From contig DUMB01000079.1 in assembly GCA_012840085.1 (NCBI GenBank), positions 43,140 through 107,139 on the forward strand: 64,000 nt of DNA, given 5' to 3'. This document shows, one piece after another, positions 48,101 through 57,200 of the stretch. The notes beneath the pieces are model-generated. The model saw only the letters and a list, made by a program, of their open reading frames with translations. It had not been told where the DNA came from and did no database searches. The number at the start of each line of letters is the position of its first letter. Position 1 is the first letter of the stretch. Position numbers and translations under genes: made by a program. This DNA comes from Clostridiaceae bacterium. Its GTDB lineage: Bacteria > Bacillota > Clostridia > Acetivibrionales > DUMB01.

Positions 48101-51100
48101 CGGCCTCCAACATCCACATTGGTCAGACTGATATTCTTGATTGTTCCACTTGAGATGAAGCCAAACAAGCCTACGTTATCAGTCGTAAGCCGCTCTATAT
48201 GCAAGCCGCTTATAAAATGCCCGTTACCGTCAAGAGTTCCTGTAAAAGGATTACTGGCGTCACCGATAGGCATCCAGCCTAATGAGCCATATCCTGTATC
48301 ATAAGAGCTCAGATCAATGTCAGCTTTCAGCCTGTAATGGGCGCCAAGATCATTTCTTATGGCGTCAAGCTGGGCGGCATTGCTGATGAGATAAGGATCA
48401 TTTTCACTACCTGTGCCTCCGTCGAAAGTTGTTTTATTTTCTACCTCAATCTCGCTGAAAGCAATGAATATGCCTCCGTCCATTGTTCTTAAATCTCCTG
48501 GTGTATAGCTTACGGTGACTATATCGGAACTGGCAAGAACAGGACCCTCCAGCTCAAAAATGATCTGTTTTTTATTAGCCCCCAGCAATGCAGCCCTGAT
48601 GCTTCTTTCAGTTCCATTGACAAAGGCCTTGAACTGTGCCTGTTTTCCGGCAACATCAGACAATGGCTTTTCAAATGTCAGGATAATCGTTCTTCCTTTG
48701 GTGTCGGTCTCAGCTGCCAAAGGCGGCGCTTCAACTGTCCTGAAGCTTAATGTAAAGGACAGTGAACGCATATCCGGATCTTCTGCATCAGCAGCAACAC
48801 CTTCAGGCAGCGTAACAGTATATAATTTCCCATAGCGAAGGCCTTCTGCCGGAATAATTGTTAGTGTCATTCCGTCTGATGACAAGCTGTAAGTGCTTTC
48901 AATGACTGAACCGTTTTCTTTTACATTTATACCTGATGCAGCATCAGTAAGATGCACGCTTTTGTTGAAAACTAAGGTTATGGAGCTTTCAGGATTTACA
49001 TCATTTCTGTTTTTCACAGGGTTTGATGAAGCCACACCTACTCTGTCTGTTACAATTACATCGATTGTTTTTATTGCAATATTACCTCTGCTGTCCTCGG
49101 CAACACAAGTCACTTTTGTGGTCCCCAGAGGAAACTTTGACCCTGATTCAAAAGTAACCAGCACTTCCACAGGTCCATCCACCGCATCATATGCGCTGAA
49201 TCCTTCAAAATATGCAGTTCCTTCTTTACCCGATTCATCCACAGGCACTAAGATTTCTGACGGTCCGGTAATAACAGGCGGCGTAGTGTCCTGTACAATT
49301 ACCTTGAAGCTTCCTGTGGCTGTGTTCCCGGATTTATCTGTGGCGGTAACAGTCACAATGGTTTCACCAATTGGGAATAACGAACCTGCATAAGGTTCGC
49401 AGTACACCGGCACATATCCGTCCACTTCATCATAAGCCTTGACCCAAAAGGTAACATAGGCTCCCTCTGCCGAAGTTGCCTCCACTGTTATATCTTCCAA
49501 TGCAATATTAGGAGGAGTTGTATCCGGCGGCCCCATTCTGGTGGCAAATATGTACATCACCCTGGTGGTACGGTTATCTTCTGCGGTGACAAGTATTTTT
49601 ATGTCGTTGCTTCCCTCCTCAAGAGCTATCTCCATAGGTTCACCGTTTTCATAGGGGATACCGTTGATGGCCACCCTTGCACCTGCACCTCCCGCATCGG
49701 ATGTCACACTGGGCATTGCCACAAGAGTTACACTTTCAGTATCATTGCTGAAATACATATTATAGCTGAATACACCTTTTATATTCGGTACTTCCACGCC
49801 ATTTAATGTTAACAGGCTCAAAGTGGCATCGCTGGACGGCATTCTGTTAAGAATGATGGTATAATTCTGTTTCAGTTTGCCGTCTTCCGAGATCATAGTG
49901 ATATCAATAATATTTTCTCCCACCTTAAGAGGGAATGCGCCTGTATAACCGTTTACTGTCAAACTTTCACCGCCTGATCTAAAGTTTATAACGGCACTTG
50001 CACTCGTCTCAGGGGTAATGGTTACAGTGATTTCATCGACGTCATTTTTTATATCAAAAGTATGCTTACGTTTTGATGTGTTCAGCATCCTGGAGGCAAA
50101 TGATCCGTCAGAAGACAATACAATGCTTTTAGCCTCAGGATTCCGTTCAGGCAAATACTCACGTTTCACTATTACGGTGTAAATCTTGTTACTGCCGTCC
50201 AGATTGCCCACCACCATGTCAATCAGGTTCATGCCCTGTTCAAGGTAAACAGTAACAGGATCTCTGACGATTTTTCCATCCCTGAAATCAGGAAATTGCG
50301 TCACCTTGTCATTTATTGTAACGTACCCGCCGTTGTTCCCATTCCAGCCAAGCACATTCAGATATTCAGTACCGGTCGGTACTGTCAGCTCGTATTCTGT
50401 AATATTCCTGTCAAAAGAAGGCTTAAGCTGCAGTTGTTGTCCGCTGCTGTCTGTAATTTCAAGGCGTGGGTAATCAGACAAATTATGACCTTTTCCATTT
50501 AATATAAGCAGGTACAGGGCTTTTTTCCCACCCTCGGTAGTAACTTCGATAGGTACAGTATAACTCTGGCCTACATAAAGGGGTTGCTTTGAGTATAAAT
50601 TCCAAACGGTATTATAATCTTTCCCTGTTAAGCCGAAATTTTCACTTGCAGAACCCAAAATCTCCATTGAAGCCACTCTTCCGGTCTTGATAGCAGCGTC
50701 TACAAAGGCGTTTATTACCCCCTCGGGGAAATTAAAGAAATAAACTCCCTCACCAGGATTCTCAAGCTCCCCTGCATTTCCTTCTTCATAGGTATCATAG
50801 TCTATGTAGTCGAGTGACAGGGATATGAATTCAGGATTATCTGTATAGTCGGGAATCTCCCTGTAAATTTTTATGTGGTAAAGTTCAATATGTACACCGT
50901 CAGGTGCTCTGGTTTTAATCATGAAAGTATTTTCGCCCGGTGAAAGACGTATCTTATATGTATAAATCGGGCTTTCTTCTCCGTCAACAGAGTCAGGTTT
51001 CATCTGTATATCACCAAAATACCAGCGCCATACGGTTGTATCATTTTCCTCTGTACTGAAGCGGATTACAACAGACTCGACTTCCGATCCTACATTGACA

Positions 51101-54021
51101 ATCTGTTCAAATGTAGATCTGCTTAGGTCATACTCGAAAGGTTCTTCTCCGTCCGCGCCTCCGCCTTTTGAAACTGTAAGATAGCTTAGTTTGGCATTGC
51201 TTGAAAAAGCTCTGAATACCTCAAGACGATAGGTTCTCACTGTATCCGCCCCGGGTTCACGCACATCCTCGGCGCTTAAGGATATATCGACATAATTATT
51301 GCCGGGCGTCAGGTACATTCTGTAAGCGTTGTTATGATCCCATTCCATGCCGTTTACTTTCAGCTTAGCGCCTTTAGCATCCTCTTTTGTCATGCGTATA
51401 TCTAAAAACTCGGTATATTCTCCCACGTTAAGAGAGTAAAAGGTCATATAGGGATCAAAATTTCCCTGCATTATGTCCACTTTTCCGTCTTTACCGCGGT
51501 CCTCCCACAGTTCCAGTCTCTCAAGCCTGTCGGAGTGTTCCATTTGCACATTTACCGTATATTGCCTTGTTGCTTTTTTGTTTCCTGACTGAACAAATAT
51601 CTTAAATTGCTTTTTGACACTTGTGTCTGCAATAAAATAATCTTCGTTAGGATCATATTCCTGCTTGCTGTTTTTGTCCTCCTGGACATGGATTGATTGA
51701 CCCGGATGGGCTTTGGCAAGGTTTAAATAGAAGATCTGACCAAATCGGTTATAGGGTATCCACACATTATACACCGTGTTGCCCTGGCCAAATTCCGGAG
51801 TCATCTCAAAAGGAACACCATTCGGAGGTACTACAGCAAGAGTTATGAGGGATGTATTGCTGGAATCGTAATTCCAATAGAGCTGTGGAGGAGGACCAGT
51901 TACTTCATTAAACTCCAGGCTCAGAAGGTTTTGATTTATTGTTATTCCACCTTCAGCACCTACTTCTACGGCTTCTCCAAGGCTCAATCCTACGCCTGCA
52001 CCCGCATTAACGGTAGCTTTAAAACCTGCACTGCCATCAATATCGGGGTCATCAAGGCCTATCAAAAAGAGGAGCATTTCCACATTTGTCTGAGCAGATA
52101 TGTCGATTCCGGCGCTCAGGCTGATTTTGGCTTCAGCACCCAGATCGGCATTAGCACCTGCCCCTATGCTGATGCCGAAGGTTGAGTTCCGTAACCCGGT
52201 AAGGGCTTCAGAACCTAACACCTGCAGTTCATTCCACATAGTTTCTATAGGCTCAAGTTTGCCTTGATATGCTGCTTCTGTCATATAATTGAGAATTGTT
52301 TCAGGAGCAAGAAGCAGCGCCCGCAAAAACGGTTTTACCGGAAACTCCGCCGAAAACTGTATCGGAGGAGCAAGAGTGGTGGAAAGGCTCAGGCTGGCAT
52401 CCTCCAGCATGTTGTTGACTAAACTTTCATCGACTTGAAGAGGATTCACACCTTGAGGTATCCAGCCTTCAAGGCCTGTATACTGTAAAAGGCCTGCAAG
52501 AGTTGCAGAAACGGCCTGTAATGACTCTGCGATAAAATCCGGGGTATCCTGTATTGAGGCTTCAGGAATTGATAAGGTTGCACTGAGAAGATTTACTGTA
52601 TCAGTGTCTTCTGAATCGGATGAGTCACTTTCTCCTGCCAGATCCAGTGAGGCTGAAATTTCTATTCCTACAGCTTCTTCGCCCAGTGATTCGAAAAAGC
52701 TGTTGGTAAAATCTCTGCAGCCTCCATTATTCCATACATCTACTAAGCCTCCATAATTTAACCTGCTGTTGAGCCATCCGTCCACAAGTCTTTTCATGTC
52801 ATTGGCCATTTCCGGAGCAAATTCTACAAGGTCCACCAGCATATCCTTGGTAATTTTTGAAAGTGCTCCGGAGGTCAGAGAATATGACATATCTGCGCTT
52901 GCGCTGACTCCGGCCCATTTTGTATCAAGAGCACCTAAGCCTACATCTCCGGACAATCCGAAGCTCAGCTCTATTTCGCCCAATGCCTCTCTGTCTCTCT
53001 GACTGAACCCGTACAGGCAGCTAATGGCGCTGTACAGGAGGGTTGCTGCATCATCAGTCGCCTCTTCTGGTGTAGGATTTCTGTATTTGTACTTTTGAGA
53101 AATTGATTGGGCTGACTTTGCCAGATTACTGGTCATGAGCTTAAGAAGCTTACCCGCCACTGCCTGGGATACCTCGACGGAAAGTGACGCCTTTGCTTCT
53201 CCTTCCAATGAAACCCCTGCGTCCACAGTAGCTTTCAGACTGATTTCAAACTCAAGTTCAACTGAAGTTTCATCCATTGCGCCAATCTTAACCTGGACAT
53301 ATTTATTATCGTAGTATGGTAGATATTCCTCGGCTTTAAAGACCGGTAAACCTCCTATAAGAGGAATTCTGAGATGAACGTAGGATTTGCCGTTGCGGGT
53401 TATATCCAGAAAGGCGTAGGGTATATACATTTCATTTTCAAAGTGCTGGGCGTTTCCTCTGCCAAGAGGATTGTCATTTCCAAAGCCCACCACTGCCTGG
53501 CTTCCACCGGGGCCATCCAAACGTATGCAAGCTGAAACATAACCCATATCTGTCTTTTCAGCCCATGCCCTAACCTCCAGTATATCAGTGCCGTTGACCT
53601 TCAGTTTTGGAAGATCCACCTCTACGCTGAAGTTGAAAGGTACAGCCCTCAGCATTGACACTCCTATGTTGCCGGTGGCTGAAAGGTCCTGCAAAATTTT
53701 CATTATCTCCGATATTTCTTCAGTAGTTTCTCCGCCGGCTACGGCCACATTTCCGCCTGTCACGCTCTGAAAAGCCTTTTGGAGCGCCTCCAGCCGGCCT
53801 TCGCCCATGAATGATGATAACTTGTCCGCCGCGCTTTTAAGCCCTGTCTCTTCAAGGACATCGTTCAAAATGCCATCCAGCGGCGAAGCGTGAACTTGCG
53901 CCGGTGCAAAAGGCCCGCCTATTATGTCTCCCAGTATGGCAGTAATCAGCGCCATGGAAATTATCATCGTTACGGATATAAGCGGTTTTAACAACCTTCT
54001 TCTTTTACAGTTGTTTTTCAT
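42130..54021 (-). CDS. Giant (3963 aa) mosaic cell-surface protein with C-terminal SLH anchor
   Basis: Single uninterrupted ORF with the SD GGGGG. In order it contains:
- An N-terminal signal/TM segment.
- ~650 aa that I cannot assign.
- Many cadherin-like beta-sandwich-type modules (e.g. NITEYELTVPTGTEYLNV).
- Two HYR-like modules (DTTPPNIALEDITVEATSAEGA..., DTTPPVITGPSEI...).
- A GLUG/beta-helix-like region (DPYLISNAAQLDAIRND...NVGLFG...).
- Big_2-like and Ig-like modules.
- Three copies of an I-set-like Ig plus cadherin-like unit.
- A Gly-rich linker.
- Three SLH repeats at the C-terminus. Confidence 0.9.
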   Translation of the reverse strand: MKNNCKRRRLLKPLISVTMIISMALITAILGDIIGGPFAPAQVHASPLDGILNDVLEETGLKSAADKLSSFMGEGRLEALQKAFQSVTGGNVAVAGGETTEEISEIMKILQDLSATGNIGVSMLRAVPFNFSVEVDLPKLKVNGTDILEVRAWAEKTDMGYVSACIRLDGPGGSQAVVGFGNDNPLGRGNAQHFENEMYIPYAFLDITRNGKSYVHLRIPLIGGLPVFKAEEYLPYYDNKYVQVKIGAMDETSVELEFEISLKATVDAGVSLEGEAKASLSVEVSQAVAGKLLKLMTSNLAKSAQSISQKYKYRNPTPEEATDDAATLLYSAISCLYGFSQRDREALGEIELSFGLSGDVGLGALDTKWAGVSASADMSYSLTSGALSKITKDMLVDLVEFAPEMANDMKRLVDGWLNSRLNYGGLVDVWNNGGCRDFTNSFFESLGEEAVGIEISASLDLAGESDSSDSEDTDTVNLLSATLSIPEASIQDTPDFIAESLQAVSATLAGLLQYTGLEGWIPQGVNPLQVDESLVNNMLEDASLSLSTTLAPPIQFSAEFPVKPFLRALLLAPETILNYMTEAAYQGKLEPIETMWNELQVLGSEALTGLRNSTFGISIGAGANADLGAEAKISLSAGIDISAQTNVEMLLFLIGLDDPDIDGSAGFKATVNAGAGVGLSLGEAVEVGAEGGITINQNLLSLEFNEVTGPPPQLYWNYDSSNTSLITLAVVPPNGVPFEMTPEFGQGNTVYNVWIPYNRFGQIFYLNLAKAHPGQSIHVQEDKNSKQEYDPNEDYFIADTSVKKQFKIFVQSGNKKATRQYTVNVQMEHSDRLERLELWEDRGKDGKVDIMQGNFDPYMTFYSLNVGEYTEFLDIRMTKEDAKGAKLKVNGMEWDHNNAYRMYLTPGNNYVDISLSAEDVREPGADTVRTYRLEVFRAFSSNAKLSYLTVSKGGGADGEEPFEYDLSRSTFEQIVNVGSEVESVVIRFSTEENDTTVWRWYFGDIQMKPDSVDGEESPIYTYKIRLSPGENTFMIKTRAPDGVHIELYHIKIYREIPDYTDNPEFISLSLDYIDYDTYEEGNAGELENPGEGVYFFNFPEGVINAFVDAAIKTGRVASMEILGSASENFGLTGKDYNTVWNLYSKQPLYVGQSYTVPIEVTTEGGKKALYLLILNGKGHNLSDYPRLEITDSSGQQLQLKPSFDRNITEYELTVPTGTEYLNVLGWNGNNGGYVTINDKVTQFPDFRDGKIVRDPVTVYLEQGMNLIDMVVGNLDGSNKIYTVIVKREYLPERNPEAKSIVLSSDGSFASRMLNTSKRKHTFDIKNDVDEITVTITPETSASAVINFRSGGESLTVNGYTGAFPLKVGENIIDITMISEDGKLKQNYTIILNRMPSSDATLSLLTLNGVEVPNIKGVFSYNMYFSNDTESVTLVAMPSVTSDAGGAGARVAINGIPYENGEPMEIALEEGSNDIKILVTAEDNRTTRVMYIFATRMGPPDTTPPNIALEDITVEATSAEGAYVTFWVKAYDEVDGYVPVYCEPYAGSLFPIGETIVTVTATDKSGNTATGSFKVIVQDTTPPVITGPSEILVPVDESGKEGTAYFEGFSAYDAVDGPVEVLVTFESGSKFPLGTTKVTCVAEDSRGNIAIKTIDVIVTDRVGVASSNPVKNRNDVNPESSITLVFNKSVHLTDAASGINVKENGSVIESTYSLSSDGMTLTIIPAEGLRYGKLYTVTLPEGVAADAEDPDMRSLSFTLSFRTVEAPPLAAETDTKGRTIILTFEKPLSDVAGKQAQFKAFVNGTERSIRAALLGANKKQIIFELEGPVLASSDIVTVSYTPGDLRTMDGGIFIAFSEIEVENKTTFDGGTGSENDPYLISNAAQLDAIRNDLGAHYRLKADIDLSSYDTGYGSLGWMPIGDASNPFTGTLDGNGHFISGLHIERLTTDNVGLFGFISSGTIKNISLTNVDVGGRHNVGALAGTDLGNGIRTSIHVTGQVSAAYAIGGINVGGIFGVSYSDISESSFEGSAWGNENVGGITGMLINSSISESYTNVDVRGYKNTGGLIGQLFGSDQEVSIVNCYSAGLLIGGNSFSPDPVGCGGLVGFIDGSAEITNSFASVEINVNNERRSLIGGLIGNNESAGIAVSNSFYNSSLYTFDNSVFYGTPLTTLEMKSADEFVNAGWDFESVWAISEGTYPYLQKFGVKDFAPPIILSTSPADGEKNFSILKNLTVTYDEPLKYYRDGLNVKEIIDPASLVELRTSMDIVEITASLSQDKKVLTITPTGGLNPYLAYSFSIKPVGDANKNLIPRTDVSFITGSPPIESIIVKAGWEDVDTLIVGSIIQMHLQIIPANAGDVPIIWTVEPGTGSATIDQYGYLICTGAGTVTVIATADDGSGISGSKVITIKERPEFKSVTIYPEDIPEGMDATIKVTVVTKNVDDGTVITSRLQDNSTGEIVEGTLVTATVTDNIAELYLTVTDAVLGEYTVYTTMDFLGYQNWLQSYNSFKVKKTEKLPVPGNVRISLDVLHWDPVPNAGSYIITITPDGSAGGEPTTYTKQATDGTSFNLPPLPVTDVRNGTTYYVTVTAVPYENDMYHVASDTSDPAPFIVRLKSLVVAVPPTKYIYYLGDNIDLTGLVVKGITTDNQEIVLSDISEADIFGFNIDVPGKQDIGITYGGVTLSSAFEVLVLGVAGLEVSQCPYKDEYYLGEELDLTGLVVNAIYSNGSKREIPIEELEITGFDSSSEGSKTITVSYKGCQTYFYVYVDSIDAELDPEIKIIDINAPPSDINVHITWNDATEVTTIEMEYFDNEEFEWKSSTLIQGIDYTVEDDVLTIKADLYEGLTEYDSYYFWIGFNVGIGRWLEVRGIDGNKAYDATLKSLYVGFDWGIYEYTPLQGFDTEIYEYYVLVPEGTSPYDSPTWVYGEANDEYADVSYFDAEEIPGSTTLTVTSWDLKTTKTYVVNFVTSPGQLPVFITMHPVSRTVSAGQSVTFKVEATGAEPLSYKWMKDGTEINDDENINGSDTAELTIISARESDAGSYTVTVTNELASVTSKAAVLTVNPVLPVNTAPNRKAGIPATASESVTVNNAYILDLSTIFEDADGDELTYKVSVNGAEYVAASKDYSYTPTSTGTITLIFKANDGMEDSTDTYTVTLTVNPAPVAPSITTQPISQTVTEGDTATFTVEATGTEPLSYKWMKNGIELIDDENISGAKTNTLIINTVQLSDAGSYTVVVTNAVSSVTSEAAVLTVNPAPPVNTAPNRKAGIPATATATVAVNNAYTLDLSTIFEDADGDELTYKVSINGVEYVAASKDYSYTPTVTGTITLVFKANDGTEDSTDTYTVTLIVNPAPVAPSITTQPISQTVTEGDTVTFTVEATGTEPLSYKWMKNGIELSNKENISGVNSNTLTIKTVQLSDAGSYTVVVTNAVSSVTSEAAVLTVNPAPPMNTAPNRKAGVPATRTVAVTVNNAYILDLSTIFEDADGDQLTYRVSINGAEYIDANESYSYTPTVTGTITLVFKANDGTEDSTDTYTVTLKVSNSGSGAGGGFGGIIIGESDYTQDTPTYNANVSGIDKTEITLPVTVNTDMGNAAVELEDTVINDIFTGTGMTVLTVPSIPDVNSYTLGIPADFLSGSQQKDALTFSTDVGSITIPSDMLSGLPEIEGKKASITIGHGDKSGLPEDVKAAIGDRPIVQLTLTLDSVQIEWNNPDAPVTVSIPYTPTAEELADPEHIVIWYIDGSGNIISVPNGRYDPETGTVTFTTTHFSHYAVAYVHKTFSDLGSVEWARRPVEVLASKGIINGTSKDTYSPVSNITRADYLVLLVKTLGLTASFDSNFDDMRPGTYYYEAVGIAKKLGITTGVGNNRFNPMEYISRQDMMVLTARALEKYKGLKAAKDTTALNKFIDKEDIAEYAIGSTATLVKEGLIAGSGDKLNPKAFTTRAEAAVILYRIYNKYAAN
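43395..45113. repeat. Intragenic 3 x 573-bp tandem repeat (191-aa Ig plus cadherin-like unit)
   Basis: The anchor GTTACCGTGTATGTGTC recurs at 43406, 43979 and 44552, exactly 573 bp apart. An 86-nt stretch is identical between 43691-43776 and 44264-44349. Confidence 0.9.
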
Positions 54022-54110
54022 TTCTTTACCCCCTAAATCAAAACTTTTTTAAAAAAAAATTTTTGAAATTACTAAATATTCCCAGTTAATTCTAAATAAT
54101 TATTACATAA

Positions 54111-54148
54111 ATTATAAAAAATGGACTACCACCAAAAGTGCCACCAAA
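54111..54148 (-). promoter_or_regulatory. Candidate activator-dependent promoter of the giant gene
   Basis: On the minus strand TTTGGTGG occurs twice (54148-54141, 54136-54129) with a 12-bp period. TATAAT (54116-54111) lies 12 nt downstream. The -35 position reads ACTTTT, a poor match. Confidence 0.35.
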
Positions 54149-54189
54149 TTAAAATTTTTTTCAAAAAATTCCACACCTGAAAAAGGAAA

Positions 54190-54222
54190 CAAAAAACGCA
54201 GGATGTTGAGTTATCCTGCGCT
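54190..54222 (-). terminator. Rho-independent terminator of the STAND/SARP regulator gene
   Basis: On the minus strand GCGCAGGAT aactcaac ATCCTGCG is followed by TTTTTTG. Confidence 0.75.
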
Positions 54223-54272
54223 TTTCAAAAGTTATCCTACACTTTTCAAGTCATCGTCCCTGTTTTCTGCAG

Positions 54273-57200
54273 CTATTTATTCTTTTTCCTTTTGCCTTCC
54301 TTTGAAGCATCAATGCGATGTCCATGGTGGTTCAAGCTAACACAGCGGCGCAATAGCTCCACGATTTTGGCCTGTTCACCGGATTCCCGATAGTTTTCCA
54401 GTAAAGTTTCCGCCGCCTGAAGAAAGCTATTCTCACATAGTAATCTGGAGCTTTCAGCCCAGAGAGCCTCCATATCATCCAGATAGCGGCCGGTGTAATG
54501 GTCAACAACCCTTTGGGCATTTTCATGGACAGGTTTTTTTCGGAAGTCCTCAACTACTTGCCGGAAATTATCATAGTCGCAGATGATTTCCTCCATGTTC
54601 AGCTTATACACATCCTTTTCCCGAAGGATTGGGTTCTTAGCCCCAAGGCTTTCAAAAGCCCTGCGTATTTCACCCCTGCGCGTATGGAACAAACGGGTGA
54701 CGTCAGCCTCACTGTCTCCCCACAGATCAGCGTAAATTCGCTGCCGGCTGACACCCTCCCGATGCTCAAGCAGGTAGGCCAATAGCTCCCTGGATTTCTG
54801 TGTGCGGATTTTGACGCGAAAGTGCCTGTCATGAGCCGGGGCTATATAAAAAGTTCCCAGAGTGTTTATATATACCTTCTGGGCAGCATAACCGCTGTAA
54901 GCCAGCATTTCACGGGTAAACTCAGGAGTAATGCCGCGGCTTTGGGCAAATTTCAGCACTTCCCCAAACACGGATTTTATCTGAAAATAGTAGCGGTGGC
55001 CATATTCCATGGACATGGTAAGGCATCTTCGGGCACATTCCTCCGCTTTGGTTTCATTCTTTTCACGCAGGTAAATAGCGGCTAACCCTCCGTAAGCGAT
55101 CATAGGGGCAACCAAGGTCCCGGCTGCTTCCCCGGTTTCAATGCACTTTCTGTAAAAGGCTTTGCTCTGTTCCATATCCTGTTCCAGCGTATGGAAAGCA
55201 TTGGCCAATCGTCCGAAGGCCAGTGCCCGGAAATATGGAGTGGCATGTTCGACCAGTTCAAGAATATCCTTAACCCAATACAGCGCTTTTTCAGACCTGG
55301 CCAAAAGCTCTGCGTCCATGTGCAGTATTTTTATAAAGAGCATGTAATTACCGGAATTACGTTTTAAGTCAACGTGTTCCTCTGCCAGCTCCAGATACTT
55401 GTTGAATTCTGATAAATCCACCAAGCCTCCCTGGATACTTTTCCGCATTTCCTCGGCCAGCAGGATTTCAGCATACATCAGGTAGTTAAGACTCATCTCC
55501 TCATGGAGCCCAAGACGGCGGAGACGGGAAAGTTCAGCTTCCATAAGGGAGACAGCCTTTTCTTCCTGTCCTGTAACCTGGTATGCTTTGGCGGCATATG
55601 CACCCACGCTATGGCGTGCGAGCCAGTCTTGCTCTTCTTCGGGCAGAGACAGGGATTTTTCGTAGTAATGAAGACACTTTTTGTAATTGCCTTGATAAAA
55701 ATAAATGACAGTCAGATATCGTTCAAACCACGCCCTGACCCTTGCGTTGCCGTAAGCAGCGCACTTTTTCACCATTGAAAGGGTCAGTTCCAAAGCGTCG
55801 CACAGACGGGTTGACAGTGTCAGGTTGTGAATTTTTTCAATAATCAGCAGGTACCAGTCTTCGGGGGGAGCGTCATCCGGCAATGGCAGCATACTGTCGA
55901 TCAGACGGTTGCTTTCCTCATAGGAGGCTTTGTTGCGCAGAATTCTGGCTTTATGCGCCATAACCTGCAGCAGAACCCTGCTGTCACCACTTAGCTTGGG
56001 AAGTGCTTCATTCAAGCACTGTTCGGCCTCATAAAAACGTCCCTGACTGGACAGATATAATCCTCTTGCTAATAATACCTCAGGGGAAAGATGAGTGCGC
56101 TGGGCTTCCATGCAATCGAAATACCCTTTGAGATTGCCATAGTGTCCCTTGCCGAAGGGCCTGCCCAACTCTGCCTTAATGCAATCGTGGATAAAAGCTC
56201 CGTCTCCGATTAGAAGGGCATAATCGGCAGCCCGTTCGTATTCACCGCGGGCAAAGCAATCGGACATGGCCCTGCGCAAGACTTCCAGTCCCAGTCCGTT
56301 GTCGTTTTGCCGTAAAAAAGAAGCGAACAGGGTATGGTAGCGGTAAACTGTGGAAACCTGGACAGTAAAAATATTCCTATGTACAAGCCAATCCAGTATT
56401 TCTCGTGTGTTTTTAATACCCAAAAGCCTGTTGCACTCATTGGGGTTAAGCTCAGGAAACCACGCGGTTGCAAGAAGGAAATGCCGTGTTTCTTCAGGTA
56501 GCTGATTAAAAATCTCATTCATTAAATAGTGGTTAAGGTTACGATCATTATGGGGCAGACGAATCTTTCCCGCTTCTGAGGCCATGCGGTAGGATTGCAG
56601 AGCTAAAGCCCAGCCCTCTGTGGCCTGATATACGGCTTCGTCGAAAAATCCCCAAAGCTCTTCAGCTTCCTCCCGGCTGAAGCGCAGGTCAGCTTTTGTA
56701 AGCTCGGCGACACGACCGTCCATCTTGAGCCGGAAAAGGCTGCTCCGCAGCTCATGGCGTCCTGCCATGACAAGGGTTAGGTTCTGAGGGCAGCTTTTTG
56801 CCAGCCTGGTCAGGAAGTCCATCACTGCTCCGTCAGAAATAACGTGCACATCGTCCAGGATAAGAATGAGCTTGCGGTGTCCCAATGCCTTTAAGAGTGA
56901 TGTCAATGCTAAGGAGACAAAGGTATTATCTGCGGCGAATGGCAGGAGGTCTGTGACGTAAAAATCAAAACGAGGCAGTTTCTTTCGGAAGGCGTTCTCC
57001 AAATGTCGCAAGAAATTCATCAGGTCGCTGTCCCGCTCGTCAAGGGAGAGCCAGATAACATTATTGCGTCCTGTGGTGTACTGCATCAGGAGAGTGGTTT
57101 TACCATAGCCTGCATCGGCATGGATGTATGTAAGGCTGCTGCCGGGTGGAGCAATTTTTTCTATCAGGCGGGGGCGAAAGACAACAGCGCGTGGAGGGCT

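Noticed and set aside
42149-53770. About fifteen plus-strand ORFs of 60-166 aa inside the giant gene (e.g. 48893..49393, 44075..44323, 44648..44896)
   Set aside because: All are antisense shadows of a continuous 3963-codon frame. Two of them simply repeat because of the 573-bp tandem units.
54137-54148. TGGCAC on the minus strand upstream of the giant gene, reminiscent of a sigma-54 -24 element
   Set aside because: The -12 element is missing: TGGCAC-ttttg-GTGG instead of TTGC. No bEBP-type activator is nearby. The SARP-repeat interpretation fits better.
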